Below are positions 10,491-20,370 of a stretch of 64,000 nucleotides of DNA, one piece after another. The DNA lies in contig CAWEXY010000021.1 of NCBI GenBank assembly GCA_963813135.1, forward strand, positions 64,001-128,000. The letters run 5' to 3'. Position 1 is the first letter of the stretch; each line of letters starts with the position of its first letter. Position numbers and translations under genes: made by a program. Below the pieces are notes generated by a model. That model was given only the letters and a program-made list of their open reading frames with translations. It made no database searches and was not told the DNA's origin. The stretch is from an uncultured Verrucomicrobiae bacterium. GTDB lineage: Bacteria > Chlamydiota > Chlamydiia > Chlamydiales > Rhabdochlamydiaceae.

Positions 10491-11165
10491 ATGGAAACAA
10501 GCCAACAATATAATAGTTTTGCAGAAAAATATTCTGAAATTTTTATTAAGCATAATGAAGAGAGCATTAAGGCTTATTTTCGGTGCTTGGAAATGGATCT
10601 GTCTATGAAAAATGTCTTAGATCTCGGATGCGGAGACGGGTATGATCTATCGATAATAAAGAATAAGGGAGCGCTTATTTATGGCGTGGATAGTTCCAAA
10701 GAAATGGTGCAGCTTGCTCGACGAAGGAATCCGGAAGGTAAAATAGAAATAGGCTCCTTTGAAAAAACACCTTTTGAAAACAGCAAGTTTGATCTTGTAA
10801 TTAGTAAGTGGGCGTTACAGACGGCTTCGCTAATCGATCCAATTTACCTAGAAATGGCCCGCATCTTAAAACCCGAAGGAAAGCTGATTTTTTTAGTCTG
10901 TCATCCAATTCGACAGTTTATTGAAAAAAAGAAAAAGGGGAAAAATTACTTCGAAAAGGAAATAGTTAAATCTGTTTTCTTTGATGGCCAAATCACAGCC
11001 TTTGAGCCCTCACATACATTAGGCGAGTATCTAAGTCCTACATTTTTTAACTATTTTACGTTAGAAGCTTTTGAGGAAGGGCTGGACGCTGCAGCTGAAA
11101 AAATTGAGGGTGATGTTTATCCTAGTTATTTTATTATAAAAGCTAGCCGCAAAAAGGCTTTCTAG
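10491..11165 (+). CDS. Class I SAM-dependent methyltransferase
   Basis: VLDLGCGDG, GVDSS, PF....FDLVIS, EMARILKPEG. Confidence 0.9.
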   Translation: METSQQYNSFAEKYSEIFIKHNEESIKAYFRCLEMDLSMKNVLDLGCGDGYDLSIIKNKGALIYGVDSSKEMVQLARRRNPEGKIEIGSFEKTPFENSKFDLVISKWALQTASLIDPIYLEMARILKPEGKLIFLVCHPIRQFIEKKKKGKNYFEKEIVKSVFFDGQITAFEPSHTLGEYLSPTFFNYFTLEAFEEGLDAAAEKIEGDVYPSYFIIKASRKKAF

Positions 11166-12439
11166 GCTTCTTGCATTAAATGCAACCTTCTTTCTTTAAT
11201 AAAAAGAAAGGTTATCAATGAAATTACAGCAGAACTTGCAATAAGCAAAACAAAAGTAGCGATATCACCTATATGGTTAGTAAGAAACAGAGCAAGTAAT
11301 GGAGTGAACCCACCAATTACACTATCACATAGATTGAAACTCATTCCAAGACCAGTATAACGTGTTGAGGTTGGGAACAGCTCTGCAAGCAGGCAAGGCA
11401 ACAATGCAAACTGAATGTTTAATAAAAGCATGAGTATTAACTCAAATATAGTAGTAAACAAGACTGACGACTGAGATGCGGCAAAATAAAAAGGAAATGA
11501 ACAGGCCATCATGCCAACAGCGCTTCCAATTAGTAGCTTCTTGACTTTGTACTTATCACCTAATCTCCCTAGTAATGGTAAGGTTATTGTTGACAACGCC
11601 ATTGCGGAAGTAGCTATTAACAAATTTTCTGACAAACTAATTTTAAGAACCTTATTAAAATAGATACCTAAAAAAACAGAAAACATATAAAAACCAACTA
11701 CATCGAGAAATGAGGCAAAAAAGCCAAAAGAGATCTCCTTTTTATGCCTCAATATAGATTCAATAATTGGCTTATGCAAAACTCTTCTTTTTTCTTCTAA
11801 ACGTTTAAACGCCGGGGTTTCTTTAAGCTTATGCCGAATAAAATAACCAAACAAACCGAGTAGACCTCCAATAATAAAAGAAAGTCGCCACCCCCAGCTT
11901 AGCAGAGCCTCGTGAGGTATATATTTTTCAAAAAAATAACACTCAAGCATGCTAATAATCACACCAATCTGTGGGCCAAAAAACGAAAAGCTACACACGT
12001 ATGATCGCCTTCCGGGAGGCGCACATTCCGCTAAGTAGCACATCGCACCTGGTAACTCCCCTCCCGCAGGAAGCCCTTGCAGAAATCGTAATATACAGAG
12101 GATGATAGGAGCTGCTATCCCCATTTCGTAAGATGGAACCATTCCCATAGCAAAGCTAGGTAAGATCATTAGAGTGATAGACCTAATGAAAGATGTTTTT
12201 CTTCCATATTTATCACCGATATGACCAAATATAAGACCACCTATCGGACGTGCAAGAAATCCAACAAAAAACACAAAAAGAGTTTTCATTAAAGAGACTG
12301 TTTCTGAGTCAGAACTAAAGAAAAGCTTAGAAATTAATGGTGCCCAATACACATACAAAAAAAGTTCATACCACTCTATAACTCCACCAATTGTGGTAGC
12401 CATTATAACAAATGCCTGATCTCTCTTGGAGTGTGTCAA
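11162..12439 (-). CDS. MFS metabolite:H+ symporter (ProP/MHS family)
   Basis: EWYE, ARPIGGLIFGHIGDKYGRK, RFLQG...GGE, ETPAF, AELFPT..RY. Confidence 0.9.
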   Translation of the reverse strand: MTHSKRDQAFVIMATTIGGVIEWYELFLYVYWAPLISKLFFSSDSETVSLMKTLFVFFVGFLARPIGGLIFGHIGDKYGRKTSFIRSITLMILPSFAMGMVPSYEMGIAAPIILCILRFLQGLPAGGELPGAMCYLAECAPPGRRSYVCSFSFFGPQIGVIISMLECYFFEKYIPHEALLSWGWRLSFIIGGLLGLFGYFIRHKLKETPAFKRLEEKRRVLHKPIIESILRHKKEISFGFFASFLDVVGFYMFSVFLGIYFNKVLKISLSENLLIATSAMALSTITLPLLGRLGDKYKVKKLLIGSAVGMMACSFPFYFAASQSSVLFTTIFELILMLLLNIQFALLPCLLAELFPTSTRYTGLGMSFNLCDSVIGGFTPLLALFLTNHIGDIATFVLLIASSAVISLITFLFIKERRLHLMQEA

Positions 12440-12487
12440 TTAACCCCGCTTTTCATTTGCTGGACGCCTGAGTATTACTAATATTTG

Positions 12488-12507
12488 GTCAACAATATAT
12501 TGTCGAC
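12488..12507. promoter_or_regulatory. Near-perfect 20-bp palindrome, candidate operator upstream of the MFS gene
   Basis: GTCAACAATATATTGTCGAC (one mismatched pair), about 50-70 bp upstream of the start at 12439. Confidence 0.4.
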
Positions 12508-12610
12508 GTTTTTTAGAAATTGAAGCGCAGCATGCAATGTCAGCCTCAGACGACAACTGTTTTTCGCATTATGAATGGACTGAAATAGGAGCTAGCTCAA
12601 TTGGAATAAA

Positions 12611-13420
12611 TCAGAATCGGAATATGAATTCCAACCGCGAACCTACGTTAAAGAAAGACCCTTTTATATCCAGACGTTGGTAATAGGGTTGGAATTGAAC
12701 ATCCCAATTGCCCGTATCGCCTACATGCCAAGTCATAGGCATTCCTATTTCATAGCCCCAAAAATTGTCGAGATGCCACGATTTGTTGTGCTTAGCATCA
12801 ATCCTCTGATAGGTCTTTGCATGAAATGCATAATTGACCTTCGCATTCAAGCCCAAGTCAAAACCGCTTGTGATTTGCTGGTTTGCACGAAGTCCCACAG
12901 TCGTATAATACCAGTTGGTATGTAAATCGACTTTCGCGCAGGGTTGCAAATAAGAAAAGCCGATTCCAGCAAAAGGTGTTAAAGAGAACGTGCTGCAGTT
13001 AAAAGCATAGCCTAATCGACTTTCTCCGTTTCCATAGATACCCGTTGCATCTCTCCCACGAAGCTTCGTTCTTTTTTTAGGTATTTTGTGCTTGGGCCTT
13101 TCCGGCATTGGGGCATACCACTTTTCACTAAATCTTGAAGGCCCTATGGCATAGACACCATCAATACCGAAGTAGACAGAATCAGGAGTGAAATACTCAT
13201 AGCCGATCTGAGGCCCCGCTAAGAGACTCTTGTATGTCTGTTTATGAGATGCATCCTTGATGTAAAATCGTTGCAACAAAATATCAGCTCCCGCACGAAA
13301 ATGGTGAGGACTTTCCATCGGGCTGGTTTCTGATGTTTCGCTATCTGCAAATGCTGCGGATACAAGAACCGTTGATAGAATTGCTAAACGTTTCACAAGC
13401 TTCTCCTTTTTTATAGACAT
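12611..13420 (-). CDS. Outer membrane beta-barrel protein
   Basis: Signal peptide ending SAAFA; alternating aromatic beta-strands; C-terminal LEFIFRF. Confidence 0.7.
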   Translation of the reverse strand: MSIKKEKLVKRLAILSTVLVSAAFADSETSETSPMESPHHFRAGADILLQRFYIKDASHKQTYKSLLAGPQIGYEYFTPDSVYFGIDGVYAIGPSRFSEKWYAPMPERPKHKIPKKRTKLRGRDATGIYGNGESRLGYAFNCSTFSLTPFAGIGFSYLQPCAKVDLHTNWYYTTVGLRANQQITSGFDLGLNAKVNYAFHAKTYQRIDAKHNKSWHLDNFWGYEIGMPMTWHVGDTGNWDVQFQPYYQRLDIKGSFFNVGSRLEFIFRF

Positions 13421-13643
13421 GAAGGCAGAAGCTTACATCAACCCAATCAATTAATCATCTTAACAAATAAATTGATATAAAATAATAAATGATTTTAATA
13501 AAACCTCGAAAGGATAACATTCCTTTAATAATTTCTTCTTCGATGCTCACCATTATTTCCTGTAAACAAAGCCTTCAGGAGGAATATGGGCCACATGAGA
13601 AAAATCGGGCACAGGGTTACCAAAATTTACTCATCAAGAAAAT

Positions 13644-13835
13644 CTAAACAGCTACAAATTGTTTGCTCGAAACACCGTATTTTTCTTGCGCCATCTCAAA
13701 AGCTTCAGCCAAAGAATCGAGCAAATAATCAGCAGACGATTTTGATAAAGTCGGATTTTTGTAAATGATCAGATAAAAACCCACCAAATCTTCCTTTATA
13801 ACTAACTTAATTGAACTGCTTTCAAAAATATACAC
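13644..13835 (-). CDS. Small hypothetical protein, possible orphan immunity protein
   Basis: 63-aa protein-like ORF downstream of, and co-oriented with, the toxin/immunity pair. Confidence 0.4.
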   Translation of the reverse strand: MYIFESSSIKLVIKEDLVGFYLIIYKNPTLSKSSADYLLDSLAEAFEMAQEKYGVSSKQFVAV

Positions 13836-14005
13836 TTTAATACTTGTTAATCTTAACGATTTTCGGCCCTTTATTTTTGACTATGTCAAAACCTAGCTCA
13901 AGAGAAACTGATTTTTCGCATTAAGAATAGACCGAAAATGAAGGCTAGCTCATTGACGCAAGCCTCTATTTGTAAAAGGACTGATCTATAGTGAGCAGGT
14001 CACTC

Positions 14006-14245
14006 TTATTCGTCTTTGATAATAAGTTTCTGCACACGAGGACTAAAGTTTTTGACATTTTCTTCATTATAAATACATAACGTGATTTCTTTTTTATAAT
14101 CTTCGCTGGAAAGATGATGATGATCTGCTGATGGATTTTCAATAAGCTGCTTAGCGTAACCAATCAACTGCTTCAATTCTTCTTTTGTAAAGAAGAGCGT
14201 TACCATATCTAGTTTACCGCCTGATTCATCGTTTAATATACGCAT
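14006..14245 (-). CDS. Putative immunity protein
   Basis: Small ORF immediately after the toxin-like C-terminus (alternative TTG start at 14260 overlaps the toxin stop). Confidence 0.55.
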   Translation of the reverse strand: MRILNDESGGKLDMVTLFFTKEELKQLIGYAKQLIENPSADHHHLSSEDYKKEITLCIYNEENVKNFSPRVQKLIIKDE

Positions 14246-14256
14246 AAAATTAACTC

Positions 14257-15822
14257 TCAATTGTGTGGTACATCAAAGGGATATATTTGACCAGATCCTA
14301 TCCAGTCGCCATTAACATATTTCTCAACGTGCATATGAGGATTATTATGTGGATCTGGCCTGTTAAAATCAAATCTAACTCTTCTATTACCATCCTTAGA
14401 TAAAAAAACAGGATCTCCAGCATTATTTTTGATTAGCTGAGAACCTTCTCCCAGATAGGAATTAATCGCCTTCTCGGCCTCCAACAATTTTGTGCTATTG
14501 GCCCGCAATGCTGGGTTTTGCACAAGCAATTCGGATAAAGCAGTTTGGCCAACTTTGCCAACCTCTATGGCGGTAGCTCCAGCCTGCTCAGTACGCCAGA
14601 AACTCGTCACTCGACCCCAAAGTGTCAATTGCTGGACTGGTGCTTGTTGAGGAAGAATAGGAAGCTCGAGTTTGGTTAATTGAATTGGAGGATGCTCTCT
14701 ACGAGCTTGCTCAGCTTCCGGTGTATATTCTGGAGCTTTGTTCGTTGAGTAAATTGCATCGACTTTTTTATGCCCCGCTTGAGAATCCTCTTCCCACTTT
14801 TGGCCCGCCGCTTCAGATTTTTTGGCTAAATCATCGCTGACTACTGCTCCGATGGTTTCGCCTGTTTTGTAAAATGAGGAAACATACTTGCTTAGGCCAT
14901 CCCAAAAATCATGGACTGTTCGCGAAAAAAAATGAGTAAGAAATCCCTTTGTTTCTGGTGGAGGATCATTGGTCTTTGCATTCTCTTCTTGTTTCTCTAG
15001 AGGTAAGGAGGGGCGTTCATCGCCTAAATCCAACAAAGATGGATGGCTCAACTTATCAATTATCGGCTGGTTTGAGGATGTGCCCCCTGCAAAGCTGGTA
15101 GGGAGAACGGGCTGCGAAGGCATAAAATGTCCAGTATTTTCGGGAGAAAAATTATATTTCTGGTGATGAGGAAAGGGCGAAGGCTCCTGATTTTGAGGAA
15201 ATAAATTTTGGTGAGGTTGCGACAGATTGCTAAAGGAAGGAGTCGAGGGTGCAGGCTGCACATAATGGGTTTTGGGAGGAGACGATGGAGCGAAATAGGG
15301 GTGGGGATTGGGATTCGAACCTTGAAGCTGCTGCGCAAAGCTAGGGGTAGGTGCTCCGCCTCCAACTATCGGGATATGCACTTCATTGCCACCACCTCCA
15401 ATTCCGCTGTGGGTATTGTTTTTGAACCATTTTCTAGTTTTATGGTAAATTCGTTTAACTCCTTTTTTTGTTTTTTTCCACAAACTCTTTTCTACAACAA
15501 CTATTTTGGAATAAGTACCGGATATCGGATCATAATGACGCGAAATATCGATCGACTCATCGACATCATCGTCATCTGCAAATAGGTCTTCAAGATCGTT
15601 AAGAATTTCAGCTTTGAGTAAAGTGGCGTGTTCGGGATTTGACCGATCAATTGCTTGGAAAGCGAAGGCTGCCTCTTGTATGAGGCGTATTCGAAAATCA
15701 TCGTAAACTTGGCTGATGTTTCTTCCGCGCCACTCCACTCCTAACTTATCAAGTTCGATGAGGTCTTCTGCTGTAAAACCTAAATCATAATAAACATCTG
15801 ATCCAATGCTCTCTGTAGACAT
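14257..15822 (-). CDS. Putative polymorphic toxin with P/S/Q-rich linker and C-terminal nuclease-like domain
   Basis: C-terminal ~75 aa LSKDGNRRVRFDF..PDPHNNPHMHVE...GDW resembles RHS/CDI-type toxin tips; GGAGG RBS. Confidence 0.6.
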   Translation of the reverse strand: MSTESIGSDVYYDLGFTAEDLIELDKLGVEWRGRNISQVYDDFRIRLIQEAAFAFQAIDRSNPEHATLLKAEILNDLEDLFADDDDVDESIDISRHYDPISGTYSKIVVVEKSLWKKTKKGVKRIYHKTRKWFKNNTHSGIGGGGNEVHIPIVGGGAPTPSFAQQLQGSNPNPHPYFAPSSPPKTHYVQPAPSTPSFSNLSQPHQNLFPQNQEPSPFPHHQKYNFSPENTGHFMPSQPVLPTSFAGGTSSNQPIIDKLSHPSLLDLGDERPSLPLEKQEENAKTNDPPPETKGFLTHFFSRTVHDFWDGLSKYVSSFYKTGETIGAVVSDDLAKKSEAAGQKWEEDSQAGHKKVDAIYSTNKAPEYTPEAEQARREHPPIQLTKLELPILPQQAPVQQLTLWGRVTSFWRTEQAGATAIEVGKVGQTALSELLVQNPALRANSTKLLEAEKAINSYLGEGSQLIKNNAGDPVFLSKDGNRRVRFDFNRPDPHNNPHMHVEKYVNGDWIGSGQIYPFDVPHN

Positions 15823-15835
15823 ACTACCTCCAAAT

Positions 15836-17158
15836 TTATAAACTTCCTAAACTATCTTCTAATTGGGTTTTCATCAAAAAGCTTTCAAATAGCTGCATTC
15901 CTTGTTGAAATTTATCCAACGTAATGGCTCTAAGGAAATCCTCGATAAGGATTCGATCGAAAGCAGACCCGCCCTGTAAAAAGTAGGTTCTATAAGTTGT
16001 TATAAGGCTTTCATAAAGAAACTCAGGAGGCTGCTGGGCCAGGCTTTCGTTAATTTCTGCTTTCAATTGATCCAGTTGCTGTTGGGTTATCGCAGAAAAG
16101 TCAAGCTTCTTAAAAATGCTTTTCAGCTCGTTTAGCGACTTTTCATAATTGGTATCGGGAAGGGTGAAAGTTAAGCGCAATATCGAAGGAAAAGATATCG
16201 TTTCGATGGAGGGATCGCTCAAAGATGTTTCCTGGGTTGCCTGTTGAAGGGACTTTAGAAAATATCTAATTCCCATCGAAAATACGAACTGTTCTTCGGC
16301 TGTCATTTTGGGAAGAAAATACGAAAGAGAGAGCTGTGGCATCTTAAGAAGAGGACTTTGATACCCGAATATGAACACATCAGAAGTCTCAAGTTGGGGA
16401 ATAAAATCGACACAAGATCCTAAAGGGATGTCTACAAATAGCTTTTGTATGAGCTGTTGCGTTTCCTCCAAATCAACGTTACCTATAACCACAACGGCCG
16501 CGCGCTGCGGTTGATACCACGTGCGATGAAAATCCATTATTTGATCAACGGTTGCCCCGGAAATGTCTTGAACATCGCCAATGAGATGTTTGTCTTGGTA
16601 AGGAGAGTATTCGCTTGAAAGCCGCTCACGCTCAAATTTTTGTGAGGGATCCTCTTCATAGATCTCTTCGAAGATCTCTTTTTTCTCTGCTTGGAGAGTA
16701 TCCGGCATGATCTTGATGCTTTGAGGAATGTCAGAGAGCATAAGAAGGCCCGCAGCTAAATCAGGCGGGGGTATTTCGAAATGAAATTGCGTGTATTCGT
16801 AGGAAGAAAAAGCACTGTGATTAGCAGTTGGCCTCCATATAAGACAGTATTCGTTTTGTACTTCTACACCCTTGAATTTGAGACTGCGGCCAACTAAATG
16901 CTCCGTTAAGTGCGCAAATCCTTTTTCACCATCCCGTTCATAAGCTGAGCCTGCTCTAACGATGTAATCGATCGTGATGTATCTATGAAGAGAGGGGACG
17001 CGATGGATATAGTAAGTCAGGCCGTTCGGTAAATTCCCTACAAAAACAGACTGTTCTTCTGCATAAAGAGTAGCAAAGAGAAAGAAGAATATTCGCGCTA
17101 ACCTTAAGTTGACCATGGTCGACCTCAATTTGTCTGTCGACTGTACTTCTTCAAGCAA
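15836..17158 (-). CDS. M16 family (insulinase/PqqL-like) zinc peptidase
   Basis: LPNGL, RAGS.YE..GEKG.AHLTEH (HxxEH), FH..WYQP.RAAVVVIG. Confidence 0.85.
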   Translation of the reverse strand: MLEEVQSTDKLRSTMVNLRLARIFFFLFATLYAEEQSVFVGNLPNGLTYYIHRVPSLHRYITIDYIVRAGSAYERDGEKGFAHLTEHLVGRSLKFKGVEVQNEYCLIWRPTANHSAFSSYEYTQFHFEIPPPDLAAGLLMLSDIPQSIKIMPDTLQAEKKEIFEEIYEEDPSQKFERERLSSEYSPYQDKHLIGDVQDISGATVDQIMDFHRTWYQPQRAAVVVIGNVDLEETQQLIQKLFVDIPLGSCVDFIPQLETSDVFIFGYQSPLLKMPQLSLSYFLPKMTAEEQFVFSMGIRYFLKSLQQATQETSLSDPSIETISFPSILRLTFTLPDTNYEKSLNELKSIFKKLDFSAITQQQLDQLKAEINESLAQQPPEFLYESLITTYRTYFLQGGSAFDRILIEDFLRAITLDKFQQGMQLFESFLMKTQLEDSLGSL

Positions 17159-17176
17159 AATATTTGCTACAATTTT

Positions 17177-18400
17177 TTATCGGAAGGACAAGCCTATGCG
17201 CACAATGGCTGCTGGCTGTAAAGGCTCTCCAGGTAGAAATCCGATAGTTTTGCCGCCTAATTGAAAATACGCGGCTGTATGCGGCGACATCTTAATTTGT
17301 CCAATCAGAGAAAGCGCCATTCCGACATGGGTTTTATGTGGTTGGTGATCGAAATGATGTTCGGTCTCGAGTTTTTTGACTGAATAATGAAGATCTCGGA
17401 AGGCAGCATGGGGCTGATACCAAAGATCAAGACGAAGGCCCCAAGGAAGAGCTTGGATATTCCAAAGATAGGCGTGTTCTACCCCCGCACCGATAAAATT
17501 TTGATGCGAGTAATTTCCTGCCCGGAAATAAAAATAGATGGGCTTGCGATCTTTCACAAGGTAGTTATCGAGATAATATTCTGGACCAAAGGGAGTGAGC
17601 CCGAGTCTAACGCTGGGCAAGTATTTATAAGATCTGATGGGAATCATGGGAATGTGTGTGTGTTTCCCGCATACTACAAAGCGCCACCACGCATAAACAG
17701 AATAGTAGGTTAACGGGTCAAGAAGGCTAAATAGAGCTCGCTGACGGAGGGTTTTTACTTTGATGTGGCTTTTGTTGTATGTCTTATTGAGCAGATGGAC
17801 ATAGTGAGATACATCGCCGCCATCTTCGTTTTCCGATAACATGCTATAGACGGTCAAATCTTGCTGGGCATCGAAATAAAGCATGCTTTCTCGTGCGTCT
17901 ATATATCCCCTCTGAAACCATTTGAGAGCTAGCCTATTGGCGAGGATGGCTGTGGCCTCTACTCCGCCGCTTACCATACTTAGTTCTTCAAATACGGTTG
18001 TTTGACTTTCTCTTTCGCTGAAATGGGTTACGCCTCCTCCATCGCCATATGGAGATGGCAGATCAATCTTATAGCCGTGAACTTTTGCGCCATATGAATG
18101 CAGGCTTCTTATGCGAAACCCATGCCCGAAGACTTCATGCTGTGTCGTGACCCCTACAGCATCAATGGGATCCCAGAAAAGAAACAACTCTGCAAACCGG
18201 CCCAGCCCCGACCAGAAGTTTTGTTTCGTATCTTTGTGAAACTTAATGACGTCGTCTTGAAGATATTCCAGGCCGCGCTGAGCTGATATAATATTTTCAG
18301 CCCCTATGTAAGGAGAGAAGTATCTATCAACGATGGCCTCGTATTGAACATCTCCCAATAGAGAGCCTGTATAGAACAGAACGGGGATCCAACGCTTCAT
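17177..18400 (-). CDS. Exported protein with HEVFGHG motif; paralog of 8313-9518
   Basis: Shares FSPY.G.E, FWDP, QHEVFGHG.R.RSL, RLGLTPFGPEYYL.NYL and QxGGKT.GFLPGE. Confidence 0.7.
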   Translation of the reverse strand: MKRWIPVLFYTGSLLGDVQYEAIVDRYFSPYIGAENIISAQRGLEYLQDDVIKFHKDTKQNFWSGLGRFAELFLFWDPIDAVGVTTQHEVFGHGFRIRSLHSYGAKVHGYKIDLPSPYGDGGGVTHFSERESQTTVFEELSMVSGGVEATAILANRLALKWFQRGYIDARESMLYFDAQQDLTVYSMLSENEDGGDVSHYVHLLNKTYNKSHIKVKTLRQRALFSLLDPLTYYSVYAWWRFVVCGKHTHIPMIPIRSYKYLPSVRLGLTPFGPEYYLDNYLVKDRKPIYFYFRAGNYSHQNFIGAGVEHAYLWNIQALPWGLRLDLWYQPHAAFRDLHYSVKKLETEHHFDHQPHKTHVGMALSLIGQIKMSPHTAAYFQLGGKTIGFLPGEPLQPAAIVRIGLSFR

Positions 18401-18582
18401 AAGATTTTCTTCTTGTGTTTCAAGAAGAATTCACGCGCAGAGATAAAATTGCAAGACTTATATTAAAGCTGGAAAATTCAAACTCGAAAGGATCGTAAGA
18501 GATTTACTTCCAAAAATCTCTCGCGTTTCATAAGATGCTTCTTTAACAGTCTTCGCAGCCAAAGTTCAGAGAGGAGGGATCT

Positions 18583-18831
18583 ATGGATATTGATGGAGTT
18601 TCTTTTGACGAGGTTCTAAGCTCATTGTCGGATGTGTCTAGCCGATATGGTGAAAAAGAAGTAGATTGGCGTGGAAGACGCATTCAATCCCATTTACCTA
18701 TAAACGCCTGCTCCTTTAATAACGGAAAAGGAAGGGAATTCCAGTTCCAAGACTACTCCAACTCATTCCAACCTTCTCAGCCATCATCTAGTCCTCTTGA
18801 TTTACCTCCCCCTCCGTCTTCAACAAGGTAG
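18583..18831 (+). pseudogene. 5' fragment of a hypothetical gene truncated by IS256
   Basis: GGAGG RBS and ATG; the stop codon lies inside the IS left end (18827). Confidence 0.6.
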
Positions 18832-20248
18832 TGTAACATTCAGTCTGTAAATTCAACTTCTCTATGCAAATGAGGAGTTGAAGAAAAAAGTTTGAGATCA
18901 CATTCTCTTAAGTTCGCAACAAAGGAGAAGTATGATCTCAAACAGCACGTTTGCCCCAGTTATTAACGCACTTATCGAGGAGCTTGCTCATCAAGGATTA
19001 GATGGACTAAGCGAACTCTTAAGCCGGCTCTTTAATGAGCTTATGAAGGCCGAAAGAGAACACGCTATCCAGGCAGCCTCTTATGAGCGCACCGAGGCAA
19101 GAAAAGGATATGCTAACGGATTTAAGGATAAAACTGTACAGAGCCGATTTGGAAAGCTGCAGCTGAGCGTCCCCAAAACGAGAGGAATCGCCTTCTACCC
19201 GCAATGTCTGGAGAAGGGAGAGCGCTCTGAAAGGGCACTCAAGCTGGCGATCGCAGAAATGTACGTACAAGGCGTATCGACTCGGCGAGTAGGAGCGATA
19301 GCGGAAGAACTTTGTGGCTTTGACCTCAGCTCGACCCAAGTCTCTAGAGTGGCGACGCTCTTAGACGAAGAGCTCGAGAAGTTCCGCCAGAGACCCCTAG
19401 ATGCCATAGTTTATCTTTATTTAGATGCTCACTATGAAAAGGTGCGTCACAATGGGCAGGTGAGAAGTCTGGCTGTGTTGAAGGCAGTGGGAGTGAACAA
19501 GCAAGGGCAGCGAGAGGTTCTAGGAGTATCATGCAGCCTATCTGAAGCAGAAGTACACTGGAGGACGTTCTTGGAAAGCCTTCTGAAGAGAGTGCTAAAA
19601 GGAGTAGAGTTGATCATCAGCGATGATCACTCCGGGCTGAAAGCTGCGCTACGAGCAACGCTTCCATCAGTCCCATGGCAGCGATGCCTGTTCCATCTGG
19701 CTCAAAATGCTCAAAGCTATGCGCCCAATCAGAGTATGCGAGAAGAGATCGGGCAAACTGTGAGAGATATTTATCAGGCACTGGATAGGCCGGAAGCCCA
19801 AAGGCGGGTCAAAGAAGCTGTTGGAAGGTATAGTCAAAAAGCGCCGAGGTTCTGTGAATGGCTAGAGGAGAATGCAGCAGAGGCGATGGCTTACTATAGC
19901 TTCCCTCGGGAGCACTGGAAAAAGATAAGAACGGTCAATGTCGTCGAAAGGTTAAATGAGGAGATCCGAAGGCGAACACGCGTGGCCCGCCTGTTCCCGA
20001 ATGAGGCCTCTTGTGAAAGACTCGTAACAGCCGTGGTATGTGAAATACACGAAGAGTGGGTCAGTGGAAAGAGGTATGTGACGTTCGAATAAAGCTTAAA
20101 AAGTAGGCTTATAAAAACAATAAGCGCCGGGACAGGCCGAGCAGCCCGCCAGGCAGCTCGGCGCAGGCCTGCCAGGCACGCAAAAAAGTGAAAAACTAGA
20201 GCTTGGGAGAAAAAATCTCAAATTTTACAGAAAAGATGTTGCTTAATC
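18827..20248 (+). mobile_element. IS256 family insertion sequence
   Basis: Imperfect terminal IRs GGTAGTGTAACATTCAGTCTGTAAATT and AATTTTACAGAAAAGATGTTGCTTAATC flank the transposase; no flanking direct repeat seen. Confidence 0.9.
18932..20092 (+). CDS. IS256 (Mutator-like) transposase
   Basis: EMYVQGVSTR, YLDA, IISDDHSGL, WQRCLFH, ERLNEEIRRR, FPNEAS. Confidence 0.97.
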   Translation: MISNSTFAPVINALIEELAHQGLDGLSELLSRLFNELMKAEREHAIQAASYERTEARKGYANGFKDKTVQSRFGKLQLSVPKTRGIAFYPQCLEKGERSERALKLAIAEMYVQGVSTRRVGAIAEELCGFDLSSTQVSRVATLLDEELEKFRQRPLDAIVYLYLDAHYEKVRHNGQVRSLAVLKAVGVNKQGQREVLGVSCSLSEAEVHWRTFLESLLKRVLKGVELIISDDHSGLKAALRATLPSVPWQRCLFHLAQNAQSYAPNQSMREEIGQTVRDIYQALDRPEAQRRVKEAVGRYSQKAPRFCEWLEENAAEAMAYYSFPREHWKKIRTVNVVERLNEEIRRRTRVARLFPNEASCERLVTAVVCEIHEEWVSGKRYVTFE

Positions 20249-20370
20249 GTGCTGTTTGAGATCATACTTCTCCTTTGTTGCGAACTTAAGAGAATGTGAT
20301 CTCAAACTTTTTTCTTCAACTCCTCATTTGCATAGAGAGGTTAAATTTACAGACTGAATGTTACACTACC
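20249..20370 (-). mobile_element. Inverted 122-bp left end of a second copy of the same IS256
   Basis: Reverse complement of 18827-18948 with 2 mismatches, including the IRL, RBS and first transposase codons. Confidence 0.92.
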
